A model generated the notes under the pieces. That model was not told where the DNA came from and searched no databases. It saw only the letters and a list, made by a program, of their open reading frames with translations. Positions 30,456 to 40,189 of a DNA stretch of 64,000 nucleotides are shown in pieces (within the stretch, counting starts at the first letter, position 1; every line of letters starts with the position of its first letter). Source of the DNA: Candidatus Woykebacteria bacterium RBG_13_40_15 (GTDB lineage Bacteria; Patescibacteriota; Microgenomatia; Woykebacterales; RBG-16-39-9b); the NCBI GenBank assembly GCA_001816655.1, contig MHCP01000025.1:14428-78427 (forward strand), in the 5' to 3' direction. Both the position numbers and the translations under genes were made by a program.

Positions 30456-31059
30456 TTTTAAAGAAAAAGGACAGATTTTGCTTGAAGTTGTTGTTACCCT
30501 GCTCGTAGCAATGGTAATTATTGGATCCATTGTTTCTTTGGTGAATAAGTCAAACCAGCGGGCGACGCTTTCCCGCCAGTCGGAACAGGCGACAAGACTA
30601 GCGCAAGAGGGGATGGAAATTGTTAGAAATATCAAAGGAGATACTTCTAATGGTTTAGTAAGAGTTGGAGATAATGCGGTGGCAGGGGTGCCTTGCGGTT
30701 TAATTGGGCCGCCGACGTACTGCTCTTTTAATGATTTATACTCTACGACTCAAGGTACTATAAACGCGTTTTTGACCAATCATGGTTACAGTGCCGGCTC
30801 TAGTTGCCCAGCGTCACCTTCGGCATGGTGCTTGGTTAATACGCAGCCGGACGGAGAGAAAGCGCTTTCTAACATTTTCAATCGCTCAATTGAAATATGG
30901 GATGATCCACCCATCGGTTCTCCAATTTGCGGAGATATTCCAAGCGATCCAACTTTGAACTCAGGGCCCCAAGCAATTAAGCGGGTAACTGTTACCGTCT
31001 CTTGGGACTCTCCGATTGGTCATCAGGAAAGGAAGGTAGTAAGTTGTTTAGGTCTATAA
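30436..31059 (+). CDS. Minor pilin (PilV-like)
   Basis: KG|QILLEVVV, AQEGMEIVR and VTVTVSW motifs. Confidence 0.8.
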   Translation: MKNKRCSFKEKGQILLEVVVTLLVAMVIIGSIVSLVNKSNQRATLSRQSEQATRLAQEGMEIVRNIKGDTSNGLVRVGDNAVAGVPCGLIGPPTYCSFNDLYSTTQGTINAFLTNHGYSAGSSCPASPSAWCLVNTQPDGEKALSNIFNRSIEIWDDPPIGSPICGDIPSDPTLNSGPQAIKRVTVTVSWDSPIGHQERKVVSCLGL

Positions 31060-31565
31060 AAATAGGGCAAAAAAGTAATAGCAGGGGCTTTACTCTTATT
31101 GAACTTTTGGTGGTTACAGTTGTGGTAGGCATCTTAGGAGCAATAAGTTCTGTGATAGTTTTGTCTGTGCTTCGCTCTCAGAATAAAACTGCAATTACCA
31201 ATGAAGTTACTCAAAATGGAGATAATATTATAAATGTGTTTGAAAGGGATGTTAAATTTTCGTCTTCTGCTGATGACAAATCAACAGACTCGGTTACCTT
31301 GATGGGTAAAAAGAATATAGTTTGGAGTTGTGGTGGTACAAATATTACTCGTGATTTGGGCGACGGCAGTGGGCCAAAGAGTGTGACTAGTATTTCTGTA
31401 GCTGTTAAGAGTGGTACATGTAGGTTTAATATTTCAGGAAGTAACAGCGATCTAGTAGAGTTTAATTTTACCTTGACTCAAAGTTCTAGTGCGCCGAGCA
31501 AAAGTGAATTCAGCATTGAAGTGCCTTTTGGAACAAAAGTTGGTTTAAGAAGCTATGGAAAGTAG
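31002..31565 (+). CDS. Minor pilin (PilW/GspJ-like); start uncertain
   Basis: RG|FTLIELLVV motif. Confidence 0.78.
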   Translation: MGLSDWSSGKEGSKLFRSIKIGQKSNSRGFTLIELLVVTVVVGILGAISSVIVLSVLRSQNKTAITNEVTQNGDNIINVFERDVKFSSSADDKSTDSVTLMGKKNIVWSCGGTNITRDLGDGSGPKSVTSISVAVKSGTCRFNISGSNSDLVEFNFTLTQSSSAPSKSEFSIEVPFGTKVGLRSYGK

Positions 31566-31640
31566 TGGGTAGCCTTAAATTTAGAAGGCTTTTACTTGAC
31601 TAGCTTAAAATTTGTATTTAAGATTAAATTAAGGGAAAAA

Positions 31641-32594
31641 ATGATTCTGCCGAAAAGAAGCAAGCGGGAAAAAGGGCAAATATTAATAATCTTCCTTCTG
31701 ATTTTGGTTGTTACTTTGGCTATTGTCCTTTCTATCGCCTCCAGAACTGTTATGGATGTTCGTATGACCTCAACCAGCGATGAAAGCAACCGTGCTTACT
31801 TTGCTGCGGAGGCTGGAGTTGAAGAAGCCCTGAAGCAGTTGGAAGCAGGAGTAGCTATAAGTGCCCACCCAATAAACTTAGATTTTGGAAAGTTGAATAA
31901 TACAAAAGGTTTGGTACAAGAAGTTGGTCTGGGTGGGGAGCAAAATTTTATTTACCCTGGAAACCTGAAAAAGGATGAGGTAGCCCAGTTTAATTTGTTA
32001 AGTATTCCCGATAATCCAGCACCAGCACCCCCAGAAGAGCCTAGTCCGATTGGTAGTAGTTTAACTTTCCATTGGGGCTCTTCGGATACCAGAGCAGACG
32101 ACGCTGGAGCAGGCCCTGATACTTGGAAAACAGCGGCAATTGAAGTAACAATTATTTATTGCAACCCTTGTGTTGCACCACCTGGCACCTCTACCTTTCG
32201 ACTTAAAAAAGTAGCTTTTGATCCAATTGATCGGGGTAATAATTTTAGCCCCCTTAACCCACCTTTTGGCACTGTTGGCAGGCAGACTATATCGGATAGT
32301 AGATCTGAAAAGGATTTTTACTTTCATGCAAATGTAGATGTTACAGCCTTGATTGGCTCATACCCAGCTAATACCCCAGTGTTAGCTAGAGTAAGATTTC
32401 TTTATAACAACATAGACTCACCGATAGCAGTTACGGCAGCAGGGACAATACCCACGGAAGGGTCTTTAATTGAATCGATAGGACAAACTTCATCGGGTGT
32501 GACGAGAAGGCTGCAAGCAGTTCGTCTCTACCCTCCCCCGCTTCCGATCCCGTTTGATTACGTCCTTTTCAGTAAGGGAGATATCATCAAATAG
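31641..32594 (+). CDS. PilX-like minor pilin
   Basis: KG|QILIIFLL and SNRAYFAAEAGVEEAL motif. Confidence 0.8.
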   Translation: MILPKRSKREKGQILIIFLLILVVTLAIVLSIASRTVMDVRMTSTSDESNRAYFAAEAGVEEALKQLEAGVAISAHPINLDFGKLNNTKGLVQEVGLGGEQNFIYPGNLKKDEVAQFNLLSIPDNPAPAPPEEPSPIGSSLTFHWGSSDTRADDAGAGPDTWKTAAIEVTIIYCNPCVAPPGTSTFRLKKVAFDPIDRGNNFSPLNPPFGTVGRQTISDSRSEKDFYFHANVDVTALIGSYPANTPVLARVRFLYNNIDSPIAVTAAGTIPTEGSLIESIGQTSSGVTRRLQAVRLYPPPLPIPFDYVLFSKGDIIK

Positions 32595-32664
32595 TTATTG
32601 ATGGCTCTAATATAGGGATTGCCAGATTTAAACCCTTTGTGATACGATAAAAACAATAAGTCTT

Positions 32665-33699
32665 ATGCCTGCCTTAGATCATATTGGTTTAGACATTGGT
32701 ACCCATAGCATAAAAGCAGTTCAACTTTCAGGTTCTTTTAATGGACCTGTTTTTGTTGCCGCAGGCCAAATCCAAGCTCCACAGATAAGTGGCGACCCAA
32801 ACAGTAACGAATCAATTGATAAAATTGCTGATGCGATCAAAAAGCTTCGTAGCGAAGTACGTATAACTAAGGATAAAGCAAATACCGCCCTACCAGAGTC
32901 GCAAATATTTACGAGAGTTGTTGAAATGCCGCTTCTTAGTCAAAAAGAAATGCAAAATGCAATAGTTTGGGAGGCTGAGCAGTACGTTCCGGTTCCAATG
33001 ACCGAAGTAAAGCTTGACTGGCAAGTACTTGGTGAAGCAAATCCGCAAGGGAGAGTTGAGGTACTTTTGGTTGCGGCTCCAATCGCGCTTGTAAATAGGT
33101 ATTTAGCAATTTTGAAAAAAGCAGATCTAGTTCCAATGGGTCTTGAGACGGAAATTACTTCTGTAGCCCGCGCCCTAGTACAAAGAGTAAGTGGGGCACC
33201 GACTACGATGGTAGTAAGTATTGGCGCCTCTACGACCGATTTAAGTATTATTCGGTCGGGGAAAATTAGCCTTACCCGATCAATAGCTACAGGAGGTATC
33301 GCGCTTGCACGGGGTGTTGCACAGGAACTTGGATTTGAATTGGATCAAGCAACTGAGTATATGAAAACTTATGGTTTAGACCCAAATTCTCTTGAGGGGA
33401 AAGTTATGCAGGCGATAAAACCCATATTTGATGTAATAGTTAATGAAATACGTCGGGTTTTGGCGTATTATTTAAGTAAGCACCCAGATGCACCGGTGAA
33501 AAGAATCATTGTTACTGGAGGAACTGCAAAGTTACCGGGATTGGTGATTTATTTAGCGGAAGCTTTAGGTTTGGAGGTGCAAGTTGGAAATCCATGGGAA
33601 GGTATTTCCTTACCTTCAAACTTTTCGCAAAAACTTAACGAGGAAGCAACATCATATGCGGTTGCAGTTGGACTAGCTTTGAAACAGGCAGGAGGGTAG
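32665..33699 (+). CDS. pilM: Type IV pilus assembly protein PilM
   Basis: GLDIGTHSIKAV, WEAEQYVP, TGGTAKL and YAVAVGLAL motifs. Confidence 0.93.
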   Translation: MPALDHIGLDIGTHSIKAVQLSGSFNGPVFVAAGQIQAPQISGDPNSNESIDKIADAIKKLRSEVRITKDKANTALPESQIFTRVVEMPLLSQKEMQNAIVWEAEQYVPVPMTEVKLDWQVLGEANPQGRVEVLLVAAPIALVNRYLAILKKADLVPMGLETEITSVARALVQRVSGAPTTMVVSIGASTTDLSIIRSGKISLTRSIATGGIALARGVAQELGFELDQATEYMKTYGLDPNSLEGKVMQAIKPIFDVIVNEIRRVLAYYLSKHPDAPVKRIIVTGGTAKLPGLVIYLAEALGLEVQVGNPWEGISLPSNFSQKLNEEATSYAVAVGLALKQAGG

Positions 33700-33701
33700 A
33701 A

Positions 33702-34271
33702 ATGGCGGATATAAACCTTGTACCAGAAGTTGCGAGAAAAGAAATAAAAAAAACCGTAAGTCGTCAGCAAACTGCAAATAAAGCTGCTCTTATAGCTATA
33801 TTGGTTGCCGGTCTTATACTTACGGCGTTCTTTCTATACTGGTTATTTATTGTGGCTTCATCTAAGCTAGTATCGATGGATACTGAGAGATCGGAGGGAA
33901 AGGTGCTAGAACAAAGCAGAAAAGAAATTACCCATAGGGCTTTGGTTCAAAAAATAGACGAAGCCTCTAAATTTCTTAGTTTAGTAAAGCCGTATTCAAT
34001 CAGTTTTGATGAACTGATGATCTTGTTGAATGACTCTAAATCTACCTTGAAAATTGCTGAGGTTGGAGACGAAGGAAAATTTAAAATAAATGGTACAATC
34101 CACAATTCGTCAGATTTCGAAAGTTTAGTAGAGGCTTTGAGCGAGTCAGAGTCTTTTAGTGATTCTGTTCTAGTTACCTTAGATGGTGTTAAAGATAAGC
34201 CGTATGCTTTTGATATTGAAATGAAATTTTTAAAAAAGGGATTGCCAGAGGCAACATCCTCTGCTAACTAA
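33702..34271 (+). CDS. pilN: PilN-like protein
   Basis: INLVP motif, single TM, follows pilM. Confidence 0.75.
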   Translation: MADINLVPEVARKEIKKTVSRQQTANKAALIAILVAGLILTAFFLYWLFIVASSKLVSMDTERSEGKVLEQSRKEITHRALVQKIDEASKFLSLVKPYSISFDELMILLNDSKSTLKIAEVGDEGKFKINGTIHNSSDFESLVEALSESESFSDSVLVTLDGVKDKPYAFDIEMKFLKKGLPEATSSAN

Positions 34272-34273
34272 AT

Positions 34274-35023
34274 ATGGGAAAACTTGATAATTTTGATTTC
34301 TCAAAAATTAAAGCCTATGCAATCCCCCTCGCTATTATTCTAGCTGTTGTTTTACTTGTACCTATCTTTTTTGTTCCACAGATAACAAGATTTAGAGAGA
34401 TGAACCTGGAGCTAAAAAAATCACAACAAAGACTAGCGATTTTAAAACAAAAAATTGTTGACCTTGGTAAGATAAATGAGAACGAGGAAAGTTTACAATT
34501 ACTTGAGGCAGAAAAGATTGTTCCTAGTGACAAGAAAGTTCCGTATCTTCTAATGGGCGTAAACCGAATTGCTAATGAGGCAGGTTTGTTTGTTTCAGAA
34601 ATGGAACTTAATCCTGGAAAGGTGGCAACTGAGAGTGCAAAGGCGGCGACAGCGAGCGCATCTAAAAGTGTTACTGAAGGCTCTCAAGCAAATAAATTAC
34701 CAAAAGATAAAGTTGTATTTCGGCTGCAACTTAAAGGCGATTTGCAAAAATTCAAAAATTTTCTCGCTACGCTTGAAAAATCCAAACGCCTGTTAGGTAT
34801 AGATAGCATTAAGGCAGAAGTCAATGGTGATACATACACCTATAATCTAAATATATATACACCATTTAAAACATTAGAAAGTAGTGGAGATATAGTTGCC
34901 GAGCCACTGCCAGTTTTTACTTCCAGGCATCAATCAATTTTTAATATGCTTGCAGGCTTTACTGACTATATGGAAGAAGTAATTAACGAGGGGACTACTG
35001 GTAATAAAGATCCTTTCAAATGA
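34274..35023 (+). CDS. pilO: PilO-like protein
   Basis: TM plus coiled coil, FLATLEKSKRL, C-terminal GNKDPF; follows pilN. Confidence 0.72.
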   Translation: MGKLDNFDFSKIKAYAIPLAIILAVVLLVPIFFVPQITRFREMNLELKKSQQRLAILKQKIVDLGKINENEESLQLLEAEKIVPSDKKVPYLLMGVNRIANEAGLFVSEMELNPGKVATESAKAATASASKSVTEGSQANKLPKDKVVFRLQLKGDLQKFKNFLATLEKSKRLLGIDSIKAEVNGDTYTYNLNIYTPFKTLESSGDIVAEPLPVFTSRHQSIFNMLAGFTDYMEEVINEGTTGNKDPFK

Positions 35024-35131
35024 ACTACCATGGGCTTACACCCATGGTATCCTGAAGGCTTCGCCTTCGGCAAGTACGTAATTGTTCAATTCACTGAACG
35101 GGTAAAAACCAGTGGTACTCTTGAACAATTA
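35023..35131. mobile_element. Multi-hairpin element resembling a REP / IS200-IS605-type end remnant (MITE-like)
   Basis: TACCATGGG-6-CCCATGGTA, GAAGGC-3-GCCTTC and TAATTGTTCAA...TTGAACAATTA; no transposase. Confidence 0.4.
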
Positions 35132-35142
35132 TAGATTGGTTA

Positions 35143-35853
35143 CTATCTTAGGAGGTCTGGCCTTTCCTTTGCTGTTTTTTCTATAGCTTTATTTTTTCTC
35201 CACAAATCAATCTTTTTATGGTTTCCTGACAACAGGACTTTCGGTACTTTTCTTTCTTCAAAATCTTCAGGTCTTGTATAAACAGGATAATCAAGCAAAG
35301 GAGTCTGTTTACCGTCCACAGGTACTTTAGAAAAAGACTCCCTAATGCTTGATTCCTCTTTTCCTAAAAAACCGGGGACAAGACGTGTGATAGTATCGAT
35401 TAATACTAAGGCGGCAGTTTCTCCACCACTCAAAATATAATCTCCTATCGAAATTTCTTCGTCCGCATAAATTTTCTTGAATCGTTCGTCGATTCCTTCA
35501 TAGTGACCGCAAATCAAAATGAGCCGGTCTTTTCGAGAAAGTTGCAATGCTCTTTCTTGGGTGTATTTTGTTCCTGCTGGATCGAGTACAATAACGTAAG
35601 GCACGTCCTTAGTTTTGCTAACGATAGCTCTTAGGCAAGATGCCAAAACATCTGGCTTTAAGACCATTCCAGGACCACCACCAAAAGGACGATCATCAAC
35701 CTGCTTGTTTTTTCCTACTCCCCAGTCCCGTAAATTGTAAGTGTTGATTTTTACTAAATTTTTATCAAGAGCCTTCTTCAATAAACTTGTCTGCAGGGGA
35801 GTTTCAAAAAAGTCTGGGAAAAGTGTGATAAGTTCAAACGTTATCTTTGGCAT
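35143..35853 (-). CDS. trmD: tRNA (guanine-N1)-methyltransferase
   Basis: VDDRPFGGGPGMVL, CGHYEGIDER and SIGDYILSGGE motifs. Confidence 0.97.
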   Translation of the reverse strand: MPKITFELITLFPDFFETPLQTSLLKKALDKNLVKINTYNLRDWGVGKNKQVDDRPFGGGPGMVLKPDVLASCLRAIVSKTKDVPYVIVLDPAGTKYTQERALQLSRKDRLILICGHYEGIDERFKKIYADEEISIGDYILSGGETAALVLIDTITRLVPGFLGKEESSIRESFSKVPVDGKQTPLLDYPVYTRPEDFEERKVPKVLLSGNHKKIDLWRKNKAIEKTAKERPDLLR

Positions 35854-35864
35854 TTGGGATGGTT

Positions 35865-36110
35865 CTATTTGATAACCTCACCTTGGTTTAATTCAAGGAA
35901 AACTTTTTTATTGTCTTTTAGGGATCGGATTTTTACCAAGGATCGAATAGCCTTGATTATTTTGCCTTCTTTTCCAATTATTTTTCCCATGTCGACCGGA
36001 TCAACGGAAAGTTTTATGATTTCGACACCGTCCCGTTTTTCTTCAGTGGCTATTACGGCTTTCTCATTTTCTACGACACTTTTTGCCAGAAATTCAATTA
36101 GCTCTCTCAT
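35865..36110 (-). CDS. khpA: KH-domain RNA-binding protein (KhpA/YlqC)
   Basis: DMGKIIGKEGKIIKAIR; rpsP-khpA-trmD context. Confidence 0.9.
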   Translation of the reverse strand: MRELIEFLAKSVVENEKAVIATEEKRDGVEIIKLSVDPVDMGKIIGKEGKIIKAIRSLVKIRSLKDNKKVFLELNQGEVIK

Positions 36111-36336
36111 AACGTTTTACTAAATTTTTTACAGCAGCTGTTGCTTGAGCGCCAAAAACTATCCAATGTTGAAACCTTTCCTTTTTAAGTTCAGCCTTTG
36201 GAGGATCTACGTTCGGATCGAAACTTCCGATAATTTCAATAACGTTGCCGTCTCGCTTTGTCTTTTCCTCAGAGACAACAATACGATATTTTGGTTTGTT
36301 TTTTACACCAATTCGCTGCAAACGTATTTTTACCAT
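36094..36336 (-). CDS. rpsP: 30S ribosomal protein S16
   Basis: MVKIRLQRIG...YRIVV...RDG...GAQAT. Confidence 0.96.
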   Translation of the reverse strand: MVKIRLQRIGVKNKPKYRIVVSEEKTKRDGNVIEIIGSFDPNVDPPKAELKKERFQHWIVFGAQATAAVKNLVKRYERAN

Positions 36337-36351
36337 AACAAATTCTGGATT

Positions 36352-37047
36352 CTAACTGACTTTGAGCCAATTTTCAAGAGCGACTTTAGCCGTTACTTGT
36401 TCGGCTTCTTGTTTGCTGTTGCCATCGCCTTCGGCTAATTTTTTTTGTCCCAAAAAAACTGCTGTCCTAAATATCTTTGCGTGATCTGGGCCTTTTTCCT
36501 CGATTACTTTGTATACAGGGGTAACACCGGATTTTTCTTGGGCTTTTTCCTGCAATTGGCTTTTAAAATCTTTATAGAGGTTTTGTTCAATTATCTCTTT
36601 CAAATTTGGTAGTAAATGTTTTTCTATAAATTTCTCAGCTACATTTATTCCCTGATCGAGAAAAATCGCTCCTATCAAAGCTTCGAATGTATTAGCTAAA
36701 ATGTATTGCCTTTCACGTCCACCTGTTGCTTCTTCGCCTCTTGACAGGTAGAGGAAGCTGCCTAGGTTTAGTTGTTTTGCAGCCCTCGAAAGCATTCTAG
36801 CGTTGACCAAGGAAGAGCGGAAATTGGTTAGATCTCCTTCCGGCTGTAGGGGATGTTCAATATAAAGATGCTTAGAAACTACTAAGCCAAGAACTGAATC
36901 TCCTAGAAACTCTAGTCTCTCGTTGTGTCCCAGGCTCTCGTCGGGGTGCTCATTTAGGTATGAACGATGAGTAAAAGCCATCTTCAATATATTTTTATCT
37001 TTAAAATCTAAATTTAATTTTTTCTCTAGTTTGGTTAAATCTTCCAT
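36352..37047 (-). CDS. rnc: Ribonuclease III
   Basis: THRSY, NERLEFLGD and a C-terminal dsRBD. Confidence 0.97.
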   Translation of the reverse strand: MEDLTKLEKKLNLDFKDKNILKMAFTHRSYLNEHPDESLGHNERLEFLGDSVLGLVVSKHLYIEHPLQPEGDLTNFRSSLVNARMLSRAAKQLNLGSFLYLSRGEEATGGRERQYILANTFEALIGAIFLDQGINVAEKFIEKHLLPNLKEIIEQNLYKDFKSQLQEKAQEKSGVTPVYKVIEEKGPDHAKIFRTAVFLGQKKLAEGDGNSKQEAEQVTAKVALENWLKVS

Positions 37048-37058
37048 ATTAGTTAGTT

Positions 37059-37304
37059 TTAAATGTCTCCCGTTTGTTCAGAAACAAAGTTAAAAATATC
37101 TTCAACAGTTGAAAACTTTATCGAAACTTCCTGTGGTATCTTTACCTCGAACTCGTTTTCAATTCCCACAATTAGGTCGCCAATAGCGATTGGGTCTGCG
37201 TTAAGATCATCCTTTAGATCCGAGGAGGGGTGAATATCATTTTCGTCAACTCCTAGGTTGATTGAAATCAGTTTTTTTAATTGGTCGTAAGTTTCTTCTT
37301 TCAT
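37059..37304 (-). CDS. acpP: Acyl carrier protein-like protein lacking the phosphopantetheine serine
   Basis: ACP fold pattern and acpP-rnc context, but DLNADPIA replaces DLGADSLD. Confidence 0.8.
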   Translation of the reverse strand: MKEETYDQLKKLISINLGVDENDIHPSSDLKDDLNADPIAIGDLIVGIENEFEVKIPQEVSIKFSTVEDIFNFVSEQTGDI

Positions 37305-37315
37305 TTTTTACCTTC

Positions 37316-37768
37316 TTAGTTTACCTCGGGCATTAGTTGTTTGACTACTGTACCAAGCACCCCATTTACAAACTTTGATGAATTTTCTCCACCGAATTCT
37401 TTCGCAAGTTCAACAGCCTCATCAATAGCTACTTTGGGGGGTGAGTTACGGGCAATGTAAAGCTCAAATATAGCTATTCTTAATATTTCAAGATCTACTT
37501 TTGCAATTTGAGAGATGGGCCACTCTGACGCACAGCTTTCAATTATTTTGTCAATTGTATCAAGGTTTTCAGTTGAACCTTTTATTAAAAAATTGGCAAG
37601 ATCACTGTCAACTTCGGGTGCTGCTTCTTTACTTTGGTTCTGTAAGGCCAAATCCTCTAGATTTCGTCTTATAATTTCTTTGATATCTATTGAGTTAAAA
37701 CTCCACTCAAATAATGATTGTAGTGCTAAGATTCTAGCTTGATGGCGTGGGTCATGCTTAGCTTTCAT
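37316..37768 (-). CDS. nusB: Transcription antitermination factor NusB
   Basis: ILRIAIFEL, VAIDEAVELAKEFG and FVNGVL motifs. Confidence 0.96.
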   Translation of the reverse strand: MKAKHDPRHQARILALQSLFEWSFNSIDIKEIIRRNLEDLALQNQSKEAAPEVDSDLANFLIKGSTENLDTIDKIIESCASEWPISQIAKVDLEILRIAIFELYIARNSPPKVAIDEAVELAKEFGGENSSKFVNGVLGTVVKQLMPEVN

Positions 37769-37994
37769 CCGTCTTCCCTTCCTCCTTCTTATTTACTTTC
37801 GTAACTTTTACCTCTTCCTTTGGTTTGAAAATAGTCAATTTATTATAAGTGCCACAATATGGGCACATTACGTGTGGGGTAATTAACTTTCCGCAATTTT
37901 GACATTTAACAAGGTTCGGAAATTTATAAAGCTTAGTAGCAAGCCTCTTTCTACCCCTTGATTTTGAGATTTTTTTCTTTGGTAATGGAGTCAT
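37758..37994 (-). CDS. rpmF: 50S ribosomal protein L32
   Basis: PKKKISKSR, CQNC...PH..CPYCGTY. Confidence 0.93.
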   Translation of the reverse strand: MTPLPKKKISKSRGRKRLATKLYKFPNLVKCQNCGKLITPHVMCPYCGTYNKLTIFKPKEEVKVTKVNKKEEGKTDES

Positions 37995-38079
37995 ACTGTT
38001 GAATTATATCTTGCTAAAGAAAAAAGACGCAAGATGTAATCCGCAAGGATTATAAAAGCGCTCAAAGCGGCTGTCAATT

Positions 38080-40086
38080 CTAATCAGGTGATATTAGTTT
38101 GTTATCTTCCAATTTTGAACTTAAAAGAGGGAGGCTATCTTTTTTTAAAAGATTGTAAATAATTTCCGCTTCTTTCCTCACAGCGGCTATAAGTGGTAGG
38201 TCGCTAAGGGTTGCGATCTTAAAATCCAATAGTCCTGATTGCTCTGTTCCATAAAGTTGTCCAGGGCCTCGTAATTCAAGATCAATTTCGGCTAATTTAA
38301 GTCCGTTGTTGTAGCGAACAAGGGCATTTAAGCGCTTTTTTACTTGCTCGCTTGTATTTTCGGTAAATAACAGACAATAAGATTGTTTACTGCTTCGTCC
38401 GACTCGGCCTCTAAGTTGATGTAGTGAAGAGAGTCCAAATCTTTCTGCGGCTTCTATCATCATTATTGTAGCTCCTGGTATATCAATTCCTACTTCAACT
38501 ATTGGTGTAGCAACTAGAATCTGTTTTTGACCAGTTAGAAAATTGCGGAGAGTTTCTTCCTTTTCCTTTGATTTCATTCGCCCATGTAAAATACCAAGAG
38601 AAAATTCTGGGAACACCTCATTTTGAAGACGTTCGTACTCGTGCGTGGCTGCTTTCACACTTTTCAATGTTTCCGATAGGTCAACTAGTGGACAAATAAT
38701 AAATGCCTGTTCCCCAAGTGAGATTTTTTCTCTGATAAAGTCGTATGCTTTTAGTCTTTTTTCAGGATGTACGAAGTATGTTTTTATAGGGTACCTGCCT
38801 GGTGGGGGTGTATCAATAATTGAGATACTAAGATCGCCGTAAAGTGTAAGAGCAAGGCTTCGAGGTATTGGGGTAGCAGTCATTGTTAGAACGTGTGGCG
38901 AAAGCCCTTTTCCTCGTAGAACTGCTCGCTGTTCCACCCCAAATCGTTGCTGCTCATCTATTACAATAAATGCGAGTTTTTCAAAGCCAGTCTCACCAAA
39001 AATTAGAGCATGAGTTCCGATTAAGATATCGTATTCGGTTTTAGGCTTTTTTGTTGCCGTACAAAGCTCTATTTTGACGCCTAGCGGGGACAAAACAGTT
39101 TTAAAGGTATTATAGTGTTGAATTGCTAAAATCTCCGTTGGGGCCATTAAGGCCGTTTTAAAGCCATTAAGAAATACCAGATAAGAAGCAAGGGCAGCTA
39201 CGACTGTTTTACCACTTCCAACATCTCCTTGCAAAAGTCTGTTCATTGGTCTTTTTTGCGATAAATCGTAAATTATTTCCTTGAGCACTTTTTTCTGCGG
39301 GGCTGTTAAAGTAAAGGGTAGTTGTGAAATAACGGATAAAATTTTTTCTTGGTGAATTGTTAACGAAGCGGCCTCTTTTTTGTTCAAATATGACTTTCGG
39401 ACGAAAGCTTTTAGGTATGTTAAAAGGATTTCTTCAAATGCGATCCTTCGGCGTGCTTGTGTAATTTCGTTTAAGTCTCTTGGTTGATGGATTTGATCTA
39501 AAGCGTTCTTAATTGCAATTAAATTGTTCCTTTTCAAGGTTTCAAGGGGTAAAAACTCTTTTATCTTAGGTAGTAAGATTGGTAAAATTTCTTGTATTCG
39601 GCTGCGAATCCATTTTGATGTTAATCCGCTTGTTTCAGGATAAATCGGCACAAAACCTTGGGTGTGAATAGGCCTCTTCTTAAAATCTAGTATTTCGTAC
39701 TCTGGATTGATAAAAGTTAAGCGGTTTGAGAAAAAACCAACCTTTCCGGCTAGACTTATCTTTTGCCCAACCTTGAGAGTTTTTGTTAAAAAAGGTTGAT
39801 TAAACCAAACTGCTTCAATCGTGCCAGTAGAATCATTTAGTAGCATTTTTGTAATGATTTTTCTGTATCTCGTCACCAGATTCTTAACTTCGAGAATGCC
39901 TCCTTTGGTGGAAGATAAATCCCCTTCCCTTAGCTCACTTATTTTTTTAGGGTTGCCTATTTCTTCATAGCGGAACGGGAAATGATAAATTAAATCTCCG
40001 GCTACATTGATTTTCAGGTTTTTTAATCTACTGGAAGCAAATCTGCCGATTTTAGGAAGATCTTCAATTTTTGTTGAGAGATCCAT
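38080..40086 (-). CDS. recG: ATP-dependent DNA helicase RecG
   Basis: QGDVGSGKT, DEQQRFGV, MTATPIPR and HQLRGRVGR motifs. Confidence 0.97.
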   Translation of the reverse strand: MDLSTKIEDLPKIGRFASSRLKNLKINVAGDLIYHFPFRYEEIGNPKKISELREGDLSSTKGGILEVKNLVTRYRKIITKMLLNDSTGTIEAVWFNQPFLTKTLKVGQKISLAGKVGFFSNRLTFINPEYEILDFKKRPIHTQGFVPIYPETSGLTSKWIRSRIQEILPILLPKIKEFLPLETLKRNNLIAIKNALDQIHQPRDLNEITQARRRIAFEEILLTYLKAFVRKSYLNKKEAASLTIHQEKILSVISQLPFTLTAPQKKVLKEIIYDLSQKRPMNRLLQGDVGSGKTVVAALASYLVFLNGFKTALMAPTEILAIQHYNTFKTVLSPLGVKIELCTATKKPKTEYDILIGTHALIFGETGFEKLAFIVIDEQQRFGVEQRAVLRGKGLSPHVLTMTATPIPRSLALTLYGDLSISIIDTPPPGRYPIKTYFVHPEKRLKAYDFIREKISLGEQAFIICPLVDLSETLKSVKAATHEYERLQNEVFPEFSLGILHGRMKSKEKEETLRNFLTGQKQILVATPIVEVGIDIPGATIMMIEAAERFGLSSLHQLRGRVGRSSKQSYCLLFTENTSEQVKKRLNALVRYNNGLKLAEIDLELRGPGQLYGTEQSGLLDFKIATLSDLPLIAAVRKEAEIIYNLLKKDSLPLLSSKLEDNKLISPD

Positions 40087-40188
40087 TTAATTGGACAGTA
40101 AAAGTAGGAATGGCGACACTATTAATCCTAAAGCTACTATTGCAGCAATTATTGTCCAAATCCATTTATTTTTTCTTATAAAATTCAT
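40087..40188 (-). CDS. Single-TM microprotein (33 aa), not in ORF track
   Basis: GAGGAG SD; MNFIRKNKWIWTIIAAIVALGLIVSPFLLLLSN; fills the tyrS-recG gap almost exactly. Confidence 0.65.
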   Translation of the reverse strand: MNFIRKNKWIWTIIAAIVALGLIVSPFLLLLSN

Positions 40189-40189
40189 A

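Noticed and set aside
26868-32594. Diversity-generating retroelement acting on pilins (Avd-like gene nearby)
   Set aside because: No reverse transcriptase and no template/variable repeat pair differing at adenines was seen; the protein motifs fit the IVS four-helix-bundle family.
22731-35023. Type II secretion system
   Set aside because: PilT and PilM/N/O are present and no secretin is seen, which fits a type IV pilus.
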